IMG/VR virus record: IMGVR_UViG_3300028887_000067
Location: 64,001 to 128,000 of that record
DNA: 64,000 nt
DNA from: a virus
Taxonomy: Duplodnaviria; Caudoviricetes
Strand: one strand, 5' to 3'
Shown here: one piece after another, positions 29,501 to 39,515 of the stretch
How the letters are laid out: each line of letters begins with the position of its first letter
How positions within the stretch are numbered: position 1 is the stretch's first letter
Made by a program: the position numbers and the translations under genes
The notes under the pieces: generated by a model
The model's input: the letters and a program-made list of their open reading frames with translations, nothing else
Databases searched by the model: none
What the model was told of the DNA's origin: nothing

Positions 29501-32500
29501 AGGATGAAAAACCAGACAACATGGCCGGCTTCCGTGCCCAAATGGATGATGAATCCGTGAAGGATGTGGACAAGCTGCTTCTCGGAATGTCCCATATCGG
29601 TGGCCTTGTTGCCCAAGAAAATGATTACAAAGACTTGTTCTACGAAATTAAGTCTATGGCATCTGAAGATGGCATCGGCGTAACTGCCAACGCGCAGAAT
29701 GCCAATGTCGAGGCAATCAAGCGCAAGCTTGCCGAAATTTCTACCGAACTGCAACGGGCTCGCGATATTACTGGAAAGTTCGTTGAAAAGAACGTGCTGA
29801 CTCAGACCGTTTATAGAGTTGTCAGCAATAAGATGATGTCCGTCGACGATATCAAGCGTGCCGAGGGGATTTTCGATACGGCCAACGATATCGCAGTCGA
29901 CCTTGTCGACGAGCGCAACGGAGTGGTTAATGCGTACACCAAGGACGACACTTCGACCATTGCGCAGCTCTTGAGTGTGCTCGGCGCTTCGGCGTTCTCT
30001 CCGGACTTCATCGATATGGGCGAACTCTCGTCAATGCTTGGTAGCCTCAGACAGTATGTTGCTCACGCGAGTGGAAACCCCGCTTCCGTCAAGGCTATTG
30101 ATTACGCCGTTAAGGAAGTTTCCCAATATTCCGACTCGCAGAATAATTCCGTGGAGACTAACGCGGACCTGTTCGTCGTTCTGGCGAAGCTGATGAATTC
30201 GATTGGCCGTCTTGTGAAGAGTGATGCCAATGACAACGCCAGCTATCTCAATTCCGTCAAGGGACTGCATTATGATAGGCCGTCGAGCTTCAAGAAGGTG
30301 GAGAAGGGTGACCTGCGCGGTCTTGACCTTGACAACCCGATTGACGCGTTTGCTCGTGCCAGAATCCGCCCGCTGTCCTTGAAGAACACCGGCGAGGTTA
30401 CTGATACGGAGCGACTCGAGGCTAATATGTACGTCGATAGCGTCTTCGACGCGATGAAGGAAAATCCGACGCTTGCCAAGTACGCGTATGCTTTGGGCAA
30501 GGCGATGGCCGAGTTCGGTCGTAGCGTGGTTTCTGACGACGACAGATTTTCGACCAATGAGCGCCTTAACCGTCAGTTCAACTCAATCTACAAGAGCGTG
30601 GTCGATAAGAACATGCTTTACGGCGATATCGCCAAGACACTACCACAGCGGATTGTTCTCAATGCGATTATCGACGACGAACGCCTTGGCGACAAGACGT
30701 ACAAGCGTACCCGCCAGACTGTCGAGAATATGACCGACAACTCCAACCTCCAGCTGCTTGACACGTCGTTCAAGTCGGTCGGTCAGGGAAAGGCCCATCG
30801 CCTTGCCGGAAACCCGCTTTATCGCAAGACCTCCGACTACTCGATGTCTTATGCCAAGGGTGACGGTGAGCTGGTCCAGGCCGGCCGTGGCCAGTACCTT
30901 GACGATGAAGGCAAGGAGGAAATTATTTCATCGTGGTTCAACCCTGATAACCCGACTAGCTCCACGAATATTATCGACCGCGTGAAGTCGGCCCGTCAGT
31001 ATGTATGCGGCGTTATTGCCGATCGAATCGGAACGCTGGACGAGTTCTCCGACGAGGTCAACCTTACTAACGGCAAGACTTCCGATGAGCTCAAGGCGGC
31101 GGTACGTTCGATTCATGCGCTCGCATCTGACCTTGATACGCCTATCGCCGATGTCATTGTCGCGACGACCTCCCTTGGCCAGAAGAATGCACGAAAGGCC
31201 TTGCTGGTGAATGCCCGCGAAGCGCTGACTAGCGGACGTGAGGATTATAGCGTTGACGATATGGCCGTGGTTGCCAATGAGATTAACGTGTTCCCGCAAA
31301 GACTCTCGTCCATTGTATCTTATGTCGATACCGACTGGGTCGATGGTATGACACGCCTCGTATCGGCCATTCCTGAACAGATGAGCGTGGCCGATGTTGT
31401 GGGCGCGGTCAATATGTATTGTGGTTCGCTTTCACAACGGCAGAAGATGATGGCCGACGAGAATACAAAGGTTATGTACCGGATTCTCGCTAACCTGCAG
31501 AGCATGAGTTCCGAACAGGGTGTTCCCATCGGATATTTCGGCGATAACCGTTATGAGGCCAATCAGAACCTGAAGAGCCTGTTCAAGGTTATCTGCTCGT
31601 TCAAGACGGCGGACAATACTTGGGATGATGTTGCCGAACGTATCGGTGCGATAATGAGCGAAAGTGTCGAGCGGGGTGACCGTACTCGTAAGGTTGATGG
31701 GGGCCCGACCCCGTCCCAGCCCGCTCGCGAGCGTATAGCCCATCTCCGTATGAACCCGTACTACTCTTATCGTACAACCGGGGATACTCAGGAAAACTTC
31801 GACGAGGTTCAGCGCATACTGGTCAATTCCGGTTATGCCAAGCCGAGTAAGTCGGGCCATTCCGTCAAGTTGCCGTATGACGGCGTGGTCATTGACAAGA
31901 ATACGTTCCGTTACTGGGTTGGCGCCATCGCATCCGACTTCGAAAAGAACCACATCGAGATTGATGATGAGGTCGCCGGTGACGTATTCGGATATATGGA
32001 CTACATGATAATGACCTTGATGACCGGCATTGTCCCGAAGTGGCTCGACAATATGAAGGCTGATACAAAGGATGTCGACCTGTGGAAGTCTGAGAACGTG
32101 CGCGATGTGATGAAGGCCATTGTCAAGATGTACCATCCTGACATCCAGCTCAACCGTATGGTCAAGCTCGCTGATTTCGGCTATGTGACTATGGATACGT
32201 TCCGCACCATGTGCAACTATGCCTATATGAAGGCGTCCGAGGCCGGACTAACGGCGCAGTCTGTTTGTGAAAACTTCAAGGTTGCCGAAGAAGTCCTTAC
32301 CCGGCAATCTATGGACAAGGAAGGTAAGCCTGTGTATAGTCTTGATGACCTGCAACGCGAGCATATGTCCCGTGATACAACTCCAGAGACTTCTCCTGAA
32401 GATTCTTCTACCACGGAAACCACCAATGCGGTGAAACCATCAGAACCTGTTGAAGTGTCCGTTGGTGGCCCTGTCAAGAAGTCAAAGCCAGTCGCCCAGC

Positions 32501-32559
32501 CCGTCGGCAAGGACGACTATGACGATGTAGTTCCCGAAGTACACGGCGCTGGAGAATAA
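26575..32559 (+). CDS. Giant (1994 aa) late protein of unknown function
   Basis: Uninterrupted ORF; TTATAAACT at 26540-26548; N-terminal LIE|A. Confidence 0.8.
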   Translation: MNRPLIEAWDLNTINVMFRNAYEQLMNVIGVGKLDDESRPSAYAQISSKTMVGAILDQVAAQVDFAKYSGAVRYADSTYMSRRIIYLVACMIPAVAEYFANLFGSIASEYRGDDRAKAVFARNWFVQLAETARVQDRDNPLCQAADVFAKSMYDTVKTGVKSRRQTAVDDDNTANAEVTKILDGLTADMNETRNMVYDILRAVDLSPDSVSSDRVSKVVWVIYTLKVLEAYKETTYKQNNRRIDTYSGILSHALLSEPGISGVAGSDYVLKSFQNDTDVTNQHATLSDTTRFTAKTVVKLFVGNFSKMVALYPASASTGFSGRPDRVSRNDIMNAVQLIFNHLSPRIKKEQVTPEFVDNYIRDTLSLDTRLALNVHDKITEYMFEGGANGLKETLTAQYKSSAYADRIINEVASCLIFVGDDQVLGHPYMPEEIYCFGEQGSNDRVKTSGLTTIGEQVAIIMVPDGESVHVHQINPRTKFMSDDGIGDNFGAEDIVSYDEIKAKGDSYVSPILVLLPISESIYGWCALSGIQAFSKLEGDDFQDAREINPVNTEMERRIAASKPINLAIYGGKGDVRIDHYAQNSSTPDKYAMRSIVASLNTEDMRRKMVRTGLASPSDSDQDYVDKAATVIKMCNAVDKAAGDGAGKNMGQKLTDIAAIAKEYTGAVNQYISDCPAVMERGLANIVQQKVYSVGPTISQMITFGDIAVRASVARFACELMKDEDSDTSGQIDMAIRFLFNAVAVADYLKGKYKTGEEIAKNQKALGHVKTFMEQYGQFVRWASENVPELKSELKTIDEAVEYGNTDDAIKLLVDPTSVQRWTSWISKCYGYAVSKSGGMQNQVYAELIKNIEHLLNSWSGVVNSIKTRGLTTADIGQVRNILVNLSGNQGGFTKFNEMYTPTQLLITLRKIGHINTAEEETVDTQEMNLNNIDLSDTREAAPVSVFDPENKNALDLELANRQITGDSGTELYTGQDEKPDNMAGFRAQMDDESVKDVDKLLLGMSHIGGLVAQENDYKDLFYEIKSMASEDGIGVTANAQNANVEAIKRKLAEISTELQRARDITGKFVEKNVLTQTVYRVVSNKMMSVDDIKRAEGIFDTANDIAVDLVDERNGVVNAYTKDDTSTIAQLLSVLGASAFSPDFIDMGELSSMLGSLRQYVAHASGNPASVKAIDYAVKEVSQYSDSQNNSVETNADLFVVLAKLMNSIGRLVKSDANDNASYLNSVKGLHYDRPSSFKKVEKGDLRGLDLDNPIDAFARARIRPLSLKNTGEVTDTERLEANMYVDSVFDAMKENPTLAKYAYALGKAMAEFGRSVVSDDDRFSTNERLNRQFNSIYKSVVDKNMLYGDIAKTLPQRIVLNAIIDDERLGDKTYKRTRQTVENMTDNSNLQLLDTSFKSVGQGKAHRLAGNPLYRKTSDYSMSYAKGDGELVQAGRGQYLDDEGKEEIISSWFNPDNPTSSTNIIDRVKSARQYVCGVIADRIGTLDEFSDEVNLTNGKTSDELKAAVRSIHALASDLDTPIADVIVATTSLGQKNARKALLVNAREALTSGREDYSVDDMAVVANEINVFPQRLSSIVSYVDTDWVDGMTRLVSAIPEQMSVADVVGAVNMYCGSLSQRQKMMADENTKVMYRILANLQSMSSEQGVPIGYFGDNRYEANQNLKSLFKVICSFKTADNTWDDVAERIGAIMSESVERGDRTRKVDGGPTPSQPARERIAHLRMNPYYSYRTTGDTQENFDEVQRILVNSGYAKPSKSGHSVKLPYDGVVIDKNTFRYWVGAIASDFEKNHIEIDDEVAGDVFGYMDYMIMTLMTGIVPKWLDNMKADTKDVDLWKSENVRDVMKAIVKMYHPDIQLNRMVKLADFGYVTMDTFRTMCNYAYMKASEAGLTAQSVCENFKVAEEVLTRQSMDKEGKPVYSLDDLQREHMSRDTTPETSPEDSSTTETTNAVKPSEPVEVSVGGPVKKSKPVAQPVGKDDYDDVVPEVHGAGE

Positions 32560-33035
32560 TGAGTACCTTGCACATTATGGTCGGCGTCCCAGGCGCCGGC
32601 AAGTCCACGTACTCGACCAAGCTGGCCGAGTCGCTTGGGTGTACTCGCGTGTCGTTTGACGTGATCATGGAGGAGATCCGTAGCAACCGTGCCCTCAGGG
32701 CGCATTGGGTTCGTGGCGAGAAGGTTCGGGAAGAATACTACGAACGGATCGCTTCGTCTTTGGCATCCGGTGACGTGGTCGCTGATTCAACTCACGTCCA
32801 TACACGGGACTTGCAGAAGTTGATGGCGATATCGCCAGAAGGCACGGACTTCAAGGTGTACTGGTTCGATATATCGCCCGAAGTCGCCGTTGAAAGACAG
32901 AAACAGCGCAAGAGACAGGTTCCTGCGCCGGTTATCCGGATGATGTGGATGGCAATGCAGACTTGCTGGAAACAGCTAGGCAGAATGCTGCCGGAAGACC
33001 ATATTGTCGTGATTGACGAGACGGTTAGCGCCTGA
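32559..33035 (+). CDS. Small P-loop kinase (AAA_33 / polynucleotide kinase-like)
   Basis: MVGVPGAGKST, VVADST, ERQKQRKRQVP lid. Confidence 0.85.
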   Translation: MSTLHIMVGVPGAGKSTYSTKLAESLGCTRVSFDVIMEEIRSNRALRAHWVRGEKVREEYYERIASSLASGDVVADSTHVHTRDLQKLMAISPEGTDFKVYWFDISPEVAVERQKQRKRQVPAPVIRMMWMAMQTCWKQLGRMLPEDHIVVIDETVSA

Positions 33036-33600
33036 TTGCCTCGTAGTCGAATCCGGTGTAATTCTTGAAAGCGTTTAGGGCCGATTCGCACGAAGCCGCC
33101 AACGCGGATACCTGCGACTCGTCGATTGGGGACGGGTTCGCCGATTCAGTCCTTGGTGTAGCGACTCCGTCGCAGCTGTGGTAGAGTACTCCGTTTCCTT
33201 TTTTGACGTTTTCGAAGAGCCGGCGGATTTCCGGCACGATGTCGCTTGACGGGTTTTCCTTTTCGAAGCTCTCTAGAACGGCTTCGACGCCGAACTTCTC
33301 GACGGCCTCGCCAGCAGGGGAGCCGTCGCCGCTGAGGCCACCGGAACCCATGCCGATGTCGGCTACCGGTCCGGACGTGCCGACCGTGCTGGTACCGAGC
33401 ACCACGGGATGGGTGCTTGCGGCGGGGCCCGGAGCGTGCCCGAAATGTTCACCCGGAACAGAACTGAATCCGTATTCGGGGAATCCGACCTTGGCGTGCT
33501 TACGCTTTTCCTTTCCCTTCTTGGGTTGGAACGAATCCCTGATGGCCTTGCCGTTCTTGCAGGCCGTCTGGCAGTCCTTGATAAATTTGAATGCGTCCAT
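33025..33600 (-). CDS. Late hypothetical protein
   Basis: 191 aa; late motif at 33625-33633; VLE|S motif. Confidence 0.65.
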   Translation of the reverse strand: MDAFKFIKDCQTACKNGKAIRDSFQPKKGKEKRKHAKVGFPEYGFSSVPGEHFGHAPGPAASTHPVVLGTSTVGTSGPVADIGMGSGGLSGDGSPAGEAVEKFGVEAVLESFEKENPSSDIVPEIRRLFENVKKGNGVLYHSCDGVATPRTESANPSPIDESQVSALAASCESALNAFKNYTGFDYEAIRR

Positions 33601-33646
33601 TGGTTCACCGGATTCTTTTGATGTAGTTTATAAGCTGAGGTATTAT

Positions 33647-34606
33647 ATGACCGCTTACGAAGTACTTGGTGTCGACGTGAAGGCGACCGACGAAGAAATA
33701 CAGAAGGCCTACAAGGCTATGGCTAGGAAATATCATCCCGACAAGAACAACGGGGACGACAGCAAGATGGTCGAACTCAACGAGGCTATGAAGATGGTCG
33801 GGACTCCGGAGGCTCGTAAGAAGTATGACGAGAACAACGCGAATACGGCAGTTTTCCGTATGATGGAGACTGTTTTCGGCCGGCCTACAGTGGCTCGTGA
33901 TTTCGGTAAGGCGCCAGTGAATCAGGATCCGAAGATGAAGGACGGAAAGGACATCAACCTCAAGGTTTCGATTCCGTTGGACGTGTATCTAGGTGGTATG
34001 GAACGGGCTCCCATAAAGTTTTGCCGGAAGTGTGAATGTTTGGACTGCAGCGGTACGGGCGGAAACAGGAAAAGTACGTGTCCCGTATGCGGTGGTTATG
34101 GCTACGTCGTGAAGGACGGAAAGAAATCTTCATGTACCCGTTGTAATGGCACCGGTAGCGTAGTGACCAAGAAATGCAAGACGTGTAACGGCAAGGGTTA
34201 CCTGAAGAACAAGGTCGAAAAGATTATCGCGTATAGGCCGGGTTCACTCACGGCTACCATAAAGGGAGCCGGTGACAACGGTATGCACGGTGGCGCCAAC
34301 GGCGACCTGTTAATAACCTTCAACGTCAAGCCGGTAGGCGACGCCTTTTTCGACCCAGCAGACGAGACGGTAAACCTCCGGACTAGCTTCGACATCGAGG
34401 ATTTAGTGCTCGGCGTCACGAAGCGGTTTATAATTGGCAACTGGTCGGCCTATGTTTCCTTCACGCCTGACGACATGAAGAAGATTCCTATTATCAAGAC
34501 CGTAGGACGATTCAAGTTCAAGGTATCTGTGGCCTTGGAAATCAACAAGAATGATGCTATTTTTGCCCAAGAACTCCGTAACAGCCGGATAAATGAGCTA
34601 ATTTAA
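33647..34606 (+). CDS. dnaJ: DnaJ-like co-chaperone
   Basis: J domain (YEVLGV...KYHPD), four CxxCxGxG motifs, GDL. True start is ATG 33647 after GAGG. Confidence 0.88.
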   Translation: MTAYEVLGVDVKATDEEIQKAYKAMARKYHPDKNNGDDSKMVELNEAMKMVGTPEARKKYDENNANTAVFRMMETVFGRPTVARDFGKAPVNQDPKMKDGKDINLKVSIPLDVYLGGMERAPIKFCRKCECLDCSGTGGNRKSTCPVCGGYGYVVKDGKKSSCTRCNGTGSVVTKKCKTCNGKGYLKNKVEKIIAYRPGSLTATIKGAGDNGMHGGANGDLLITFNVKPVGDAFFDPADETVNLRTSFDIEDLVLGVTKRFIIGNWSAYVSFTPDDMKKIPIIKTVGRFKFKVSVALEINKNDAIFAQELRNSRINELI

Positions 34607-34627
34607 ACATCAAAACGAGGTCACACG

Positions 34628-35092
34628 ATGTCCGAAAATATTGAAACTACAGCGCAGGAAGCTCCGGTCGAAACCCAGGCTGAACCAAAGAAGGAACCAA
34701 GGATTCTGAAGATATCGGTTCTTGATCGTATCCTCGGTATTCGTTTCGTCCAGGTGCTCCATTGTACGTGGACGCTTCGCGTCGCCTACCAAAAGGTGGT
34801 AGACATCCTTACCCCGACCGACGACGAGAAAACTAAGGCAGGCATCTATTTCGACAACAACGGGAATCCGCACGCGAAGTCCGACTTTATCACCGAGGTC
34901 GACTTTGCCGATTTTCCACCTGAAATCATAAAGGCTATCCGCACCCAGATAGAGTTCTTCGAGGAAGCGCGTCGTAGGGAACACGGCGACATCATCCACA
35001 AGATCTATCACGACTGGTGCAGGGTTTACGGCGAGGTTATCGGATATGAAGAGATTCCGGATACGAATCGTCCTGAGATCGTTTACGAATAA
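34628..35092 (+). CDS. Hypothetical protein
   Basis: 154 aa; GAGG RBS. Confidence 0.75.
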   Translation: MSENIETTAQEAPVETQAEPKKEPRILKISVLDRILGIRFVQVLHCTWTLRVAYQKVVDILTPTDDEKTKAGIYFDNNGNPHAKSDFITEVDFADFPPEIIKAIRTQIEFFEEARRREHGDIIHKIYHDWCRVYGEVIGYEEIPDTNRPEIVYE

Positions 35093-36215
35093 AATTGGAC
35101 AACTCACGAGGAAGGTGGTCGGTATCCCCGGCCGTCTTTCTTCGTTTTTGGTCAACGGCTGGAACCGGTCTTTAACTGGCAGGACAATGGGCAAGTTGAC
35201 CAAGTGGATTTATGGTAACTGGATAGAAGGCCGTACGTTGACTACGCTGGACAGGGGATTCACTACATTGGATTCTACCAAGACCCTGTACTGCTCTAAC
35301 ATTGACGGCGACGATATGGCGACTGATTTCCGCAAGTTCATAGAGATGGCGGTAAATGACAAATCCATGTGGAATCGCCCGATTAAGTGCTTTTTCAATA
35401 CCGGCGTGTATCAGGTGAATGCGAGGACTGAATACGCAATCCTGTTCGTCATGGGCGGTGTTCCCTATATTTTGACGACAAGAATTTGCCTTGCCGGAAC
35501 GGATGAACATGACCCAGAATTTATGACGGCCGACAACTCGGTAATTGCGCAGATAATTTCCGAAAATGCCAAGAACGTTGCTTCTGTTGGATTTGTTGAC
35601 CCGAGTGAAAACGTGACCAACTATGTATCGGAGTTTGTAAAGAGCAATCCGGTAATGAAGAATCCGAACATCAGCTATGCGCTGGCATTGGATTTCTCCA
35701 TTAGCGGGGCGATGAGGTATCACGGGGCCATCTACAAGCCCGGCGCTTTCCTGTACGACATTTTCACGACGAATAGGGTAGTGTCGCTGGCCATCAGGCC
35801 AAACAAGGACTTCGCCACCGGCGATACGATGAACGAGAATGCGTCGTTGCCGGATGGGATGGAAATATTGCTGGTAGGCGGCGAACCCGACTTGGTGTCT
35901 GTCGGGACGGTATGCACGCCGAATGGATGTATGTTTGATGTGTGGGTTCCCAACAGGAAGAACTTCTACAAGTCGGCCGTGAATGCCATGGCTAACGAAT
36001 ATCTTCCTTGTGATGCGTTCGAGCTTAATGAGGAGGATTTCATCAAGTCATATGCTATACTGGTAACGACTCTTCGTGAAATCGATGAGGAGCGCAACGG
36101 GCCCGACGATGATGAGATGGAGGCCGATGGCGTCAACGCTACGATGATTACCGACGAGGTCGACGACGGCGACGAAGCTCCCGTCCTGATAGAGCTTCCC
36201 GAATACCTGATCTGA
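35046..36215 (+). CDS. Hypothetical protein with acidic tail (start 35046 or 35187)
   Basis: 389-aa ORF followed by a terminator. Confidence 0.7.
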   Translation: MKRFRIRIVLRSFTNKIGQLTRKVVGIPGRLSSFLVNGWNRSLTGRTMGKLTKWIYGNWIEGRTLTTLDRGFTTLDSTKTLYCSNIDGDDMATDFRKFIEMAVNDKSMWNRPIKCFFNTGVYQVNARTEYAILFVMGGVPYILTTRICLAGTDEHDPEFMTADNSVIAQIISENAKNVASVGFVDPSENVTNYVSEFVKSNPVMKNPNISYALALDFSISGAMRYHGAIYKPGAFLYDIFTTNRVVSLAIRPNKDFATGDTMNENASLPDGMEILLVGGEPDLVSVGTVCTPNGCMFDVWVPNRKNFYKSAVNAMANEYLPCDAFELNEEDFIKSYAILVTTLREIDEERNGPDDDEMEADGVNATMITDEVDDGDEAPVLIELPEYLI

Positions 36216-36236
36216 TTACGGATATTGCCAATATTT

Positions 36237-36260
36237 GAGCCGGCATCGCCGGCTCTTTTT
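36237..36260 (+). terminator. Terminator
   Basis: GAGCCGGC-ATC-GCCGGCTC-TTTTT. Confidence 0.85.
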
Positions 36261-36314
36261 CGTTTTGGGGGCCGGAAATCGTATAAACTGCGGATAGCAT
36301 TTGGGAAATGACCT

Positions 36315-37397
36315 ATGACGGCATATATCGACGACGCAGCTCGCGCTAGGGAGGCCATCCGTCAGTTCAATCAGCAGAAGAACGCGTTCAACGAACGTAC
36401 GAGGGAATCGGCTGACCCGGATAATCTGGCGAAGCGCATCATTAGTCAGATGTTGTTTGCGTTTAAGTACAATCCGAACAATCCTTCGATGACTGACCTT
36501 GCGCCCAATGAAATTATGGACAGTATCGACTATCTGTCCAAAAACGGGGCATTCCGTTCTTTCGGTGTAGATCCCGATAATCTGGCTCGATATATGGCTG
36601 TCGCGTACAAGGAGCATGGCGCCAAGGAGTCGCAGGTCGCTCTGGACAGAGCTGCCAAGGAATCCGACCTGTTCAAGGCTCATCAGGCCCAGACCAGGAT
36701 GGCGGACGAGGCCGAGCTGAACAAGACCGCAAAGTTCAAGAGTATGGACGGGGTCAACATGGGCGTGCTCTACAAGTTGGCTTACGAACAGGGCGGCGTT
36801 CTGTACAGAAAGGATTTCGTGTCCAGTGTATGGGATGCCGTGCTGAAGGTCCGCGAATTTACGTTCAAGATGACGTGCGAGATTTTTGGACGTTCCGACG
36901 ACGGAACCGAATATACGGTCGAACGAGCGAACGTTGCGAATGCCGACAAGGTTACTTTTAAGAACTTGTTTTCCGACGACGTGAACAACTCACAGCCGAT
37001 GACAAATGATGCATGGTCTCGTACAGGATTCTTCTCGGACGACGAGCATACTAGGAAGCTGCACGAAATTGCACTTACCGACGAAACCCAGCAGTGTAAT
37101 GCGAAGGTTCTCGGTATGTTTGGTCGCCAGCGTAACGATTCCGGTGCGATTATTGTTACGGCGTATGGCCAGTTTGCCGACGATGATTCGTTTACCCACG
37201 TAATCAGTGGTGCGTATCTCCTTTCGTCGGGCCTTGCCGTTATGTATGCCAGACAAAAGAATGCTGACGGAGAACTTGTCCCGGTTATGGATGGCGACGA
37301 ACCCGCTGTGTATGCGGGCGGTTCCCTCCTGCTCACTGATATGTTACAGATTGCCGGACGTTATCGTAGTGCCGATGAAATGCTCGGTAAGGAATAG
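36315..37397 (+). CDS. Late hypothetical protein
   Basis: 360 aa; TATAAACT at 36282-36289. Confidence 0.75.
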   Translation: MTAYIDDAARAREAIRQFNQQKNAFNERTRESADPDNLAKRIISQMLFAFKYNPNNPSMTDLAPNEIMDSIDYLSKNGAFRSFGVDPDNLARYMAVAYKEHGAKESQVALDRAAKESDLFKAHQAQTRMADEAELNKTAKFKSMDGVNMGVLYKLAYEQGGVLYRKDFVSSVWDAVLKVREFTFKMTCEIFGRSDDGTEYTVERANVANADKVTFKNLFSDDVNNSQPMTNDAWSRTGFFSDDEHTRKLHEIALTDETQQCNAKVLGMFGRQRNDSGAIIVTAYGQFADDDSFTHVISGAYLLSSGLAVMYARQKNADGELVPVMDGDEPAVYAGGSLLLTDMLQIAGRYRSADEMLGKE

Positions 37398-37408
37398 GGG
37401 GATTTCGT

Positions 37409-39508
37409 ATGGAACACAATAAGTATGCCTCGATGGTCAGAATGGCCTTGATTACGCTTGTAACTGCTTGGCAACGCAAGCATAAGTCCATACGGCGTCC
37501 GACGATTACTGGAGACAATATAGCCGACTGGTGGTCCCTGCTTTTGAACGTGGTTTACCGTAATGGTGACTCGTTGCTTCCTGAGGACAAGCAGCAGGAA
37601 TATAATAGGCTTATGTCTGCATCTGACGACGAGAACGCGATGAAGCAAATCGCTAATCGTGTGACTATGGCTATGACCGACCCGAACAGCTTTGCGAATT
37701 TTGTTGAAAAAATGCACGGCAGTATAATCGCGATGTACAAGCATGATAAGGGTGCTCGCGACGTTTCCAAAGATACACGAATATATGACGTAGGCTCCCG
37801 TAGTTACAGCAAGGGTGAAATAGTGTGGTTTACCACGCCGGAAGTATTTCAGATGGTTAAGATGCACCTCGAGAGCAAGTTGCATAGGAAGCCGTCTAAT
37901 AGCGAAGTCGTATCGAAACTTGGCGAGCGCGGACAGCTTTGCACCTATATGCTTTACGACCCGGAAGATAATCGGAATGGGCGTACTGGCCGTTTCATCC
38001 TATGTCCATCCAGAATCGATGGTTATAAGTTCGATATTCCGGCGTCGATAGCAAAGACGATCAACGACGCGGTTGGTGAAAACGTTGCGTCTGTTGTAGA
38101 TCCGAAAACGGCTACCTACACGCGAAAAGTTACTAATGAGCGCGGAGTGGTCTCTTATCCGACTCGCGTACTCGGTAAGTCTACGCAGGGAATGTCTGGC
38201 TGTGTGGAGATTACGAGCGATTTCTTCATTAAGAAATCTACTCCGCACGGAATTGTTGATGTTGAACCGCGTGAGATTGTGAGCGAATTGATTACTCGAA
38301 ATTCCGACCTGTTTGTCCTTGTACAGATGTCTAAGGGAGGTGTCGCATCGTCCGATATTTCTGCCGATACGGGTGACGCGGATGACGACGCCGTTGCAAA
38401 TAATAGGGCCGAAGGCAATATTGCGACTTCCCATCAACGCCTTGGTGAGCAGATGGATAATTCCCTACTGAACAAGACGCTGTCTGCTGTCGTGGACAAG
38501 CATAACGGTCTGCCAAAGCGTATCGCAATTCTTAACACCTTGGCAAAGGAAGTCGGTTTCCAGAGTCGCGCCGAGCACTCGAAGTCTCTTGACGATGGTT
38601 GGTGCGTATCCAAGTTTGAACCACCGCAAATTCAATCAGGTGACGACGACCTTGACAAGATAGCCAAGATGGTGACGAGCGTCAGCAATTACCTGGTAGG
38701 CACCGCTGTTACAGCGTCCGGCAATACGATAATGTCAGACGCGATTGCCCCGAAGCTGTATCGGGCTCTGTACGGAAAGGCCAACAAGGTCAGCTTCGCC
38801 ACCAACAAGATGCCCAAGACTACAAAGGATCGTATCTCGCTGGAAGGCTATACCAATACGATGAAGGCCGTTATCGACTCGGTTATCGCCAATAACGAGC
38901 TGAACAGGTCTTTGGCCGGACTTTTGAAGGACGGCAAGACCGCGTTTAACGACTTGAGGAATTATGTCGAATCGGCCTACGCCGCAATGAGCATGTTCTC
39001 GTTGAAGCCGTATGGGGCGGTTGACATTGGCCAGGCCGAACGCGAGCAAAGCGCTATGAATACGGCCAAGTCGTTCGACCAAGTCATGATTGACCCAGCC
39101 AAGTTCAGCAAGTACACCGGAATGACCTGTGGCTATTCCAAGCCGACCCCGCTGGGCGAAGTGCTGAATTTCGTGTCGCTGATGGCTGAAGAGGACGATG
39201 AGGATTCTCCGTTTGGTAATGCCGATTCGGATATCCTTCACAAGAACCCGATTATCAACAAGGTACTTGTCGCGCTTAACCACGTGATGACCAACAAGGG
39301 AACCGACTCTGACGGAAAGGTACTGAAGGAGTTTGTCGAAAATACCAAGTATACTCCAGAACAGCCTAAGCCTGAACCCGAGACGAAGGTTGAAGAACCT
39401 AAACCGGAACAACCGAAGGAAACTCCGCAACCTCAGTCCAAGCCGGAAGAACCTCAACCCGAACCGGAGCCTGATGACGACGATGACGACGGCCCGCTGA
39501 TGATGTAG
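37409..39508 (+). CDS. Late hypothetical protein with P/E-rich acidic tail
   Basis: 699 aa; GGGGGA RBS. Confidence 0.75.
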   Translation: MEHNKYASMVRMALITLVTAWQRKHKSIRRPTITGDNIADWWSLLLNVVYRNGDSLLPEDKQQEYNRLMSASDDENAMKQIANRVTMAMTDPNSFANFVEKMHGSIIAMYKHDKGARDVSKDTRIYDVGSRSYSKGEIVWFTTPEVFQMVKMHLESKLHRKPSNSEVVSKLGERGQLCTYMLYDPEDNRNGRTGRFILCPSRIDGYKFDIPASIAKTINDAVGENVASVVDPKTATYTRKVTNERGVVSYPTRVLGKSTQGMSGCVEITSDFFIKKSTPHGIVDVEPREIVSELITRNSDLFVLVQMSKGGVASSDISADTGDADDDAVANNRAEGNIATSHQRLGEQMDNSLLNKTLSAVVDKHNGLPKRIAILNTLAKEVGFQSRAEHSKSLDDGWCVSKFEPPQIQSGDDDLDKIAKMVTSVSNYLVGTAVTASGNTIMSDAIAPKLYRALYGKANKVSFATNKMPKTTKDRISLEGYTNTMKAVIDSVIANNELNRSLAGLLKDGKTAFNDLRNYVESAYAAMSMFSLKPYGAVDIGQAEREQSAMNTAKSFDQVMIDPAKFSKYTGMTCGYSKPTPLGEVLNFVSLMAEEDDEDSPFGNADSDILHKNPIINKVLVALNHVMTNKGTDSDGKVLKEFVENTKYTPEQPKPEPETKVEEPKPEQPKETPQPQSKPEEPQPEPEPDDDDDDGPLMM

Positions 39509-39515
39509 GTTTGAT

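Noticed and set aside
26575-32559. Virion RNA polymerase call for the giant ORF
   Set aside because: No DxDGD/DFDID motif and no T7-type motif A/C found.
33203-33646. N-terminal extension of the DnaJ ORF in the track
   Set aside because: It is antisense to 33025-33600. The RBS and J domain begin at 33647.
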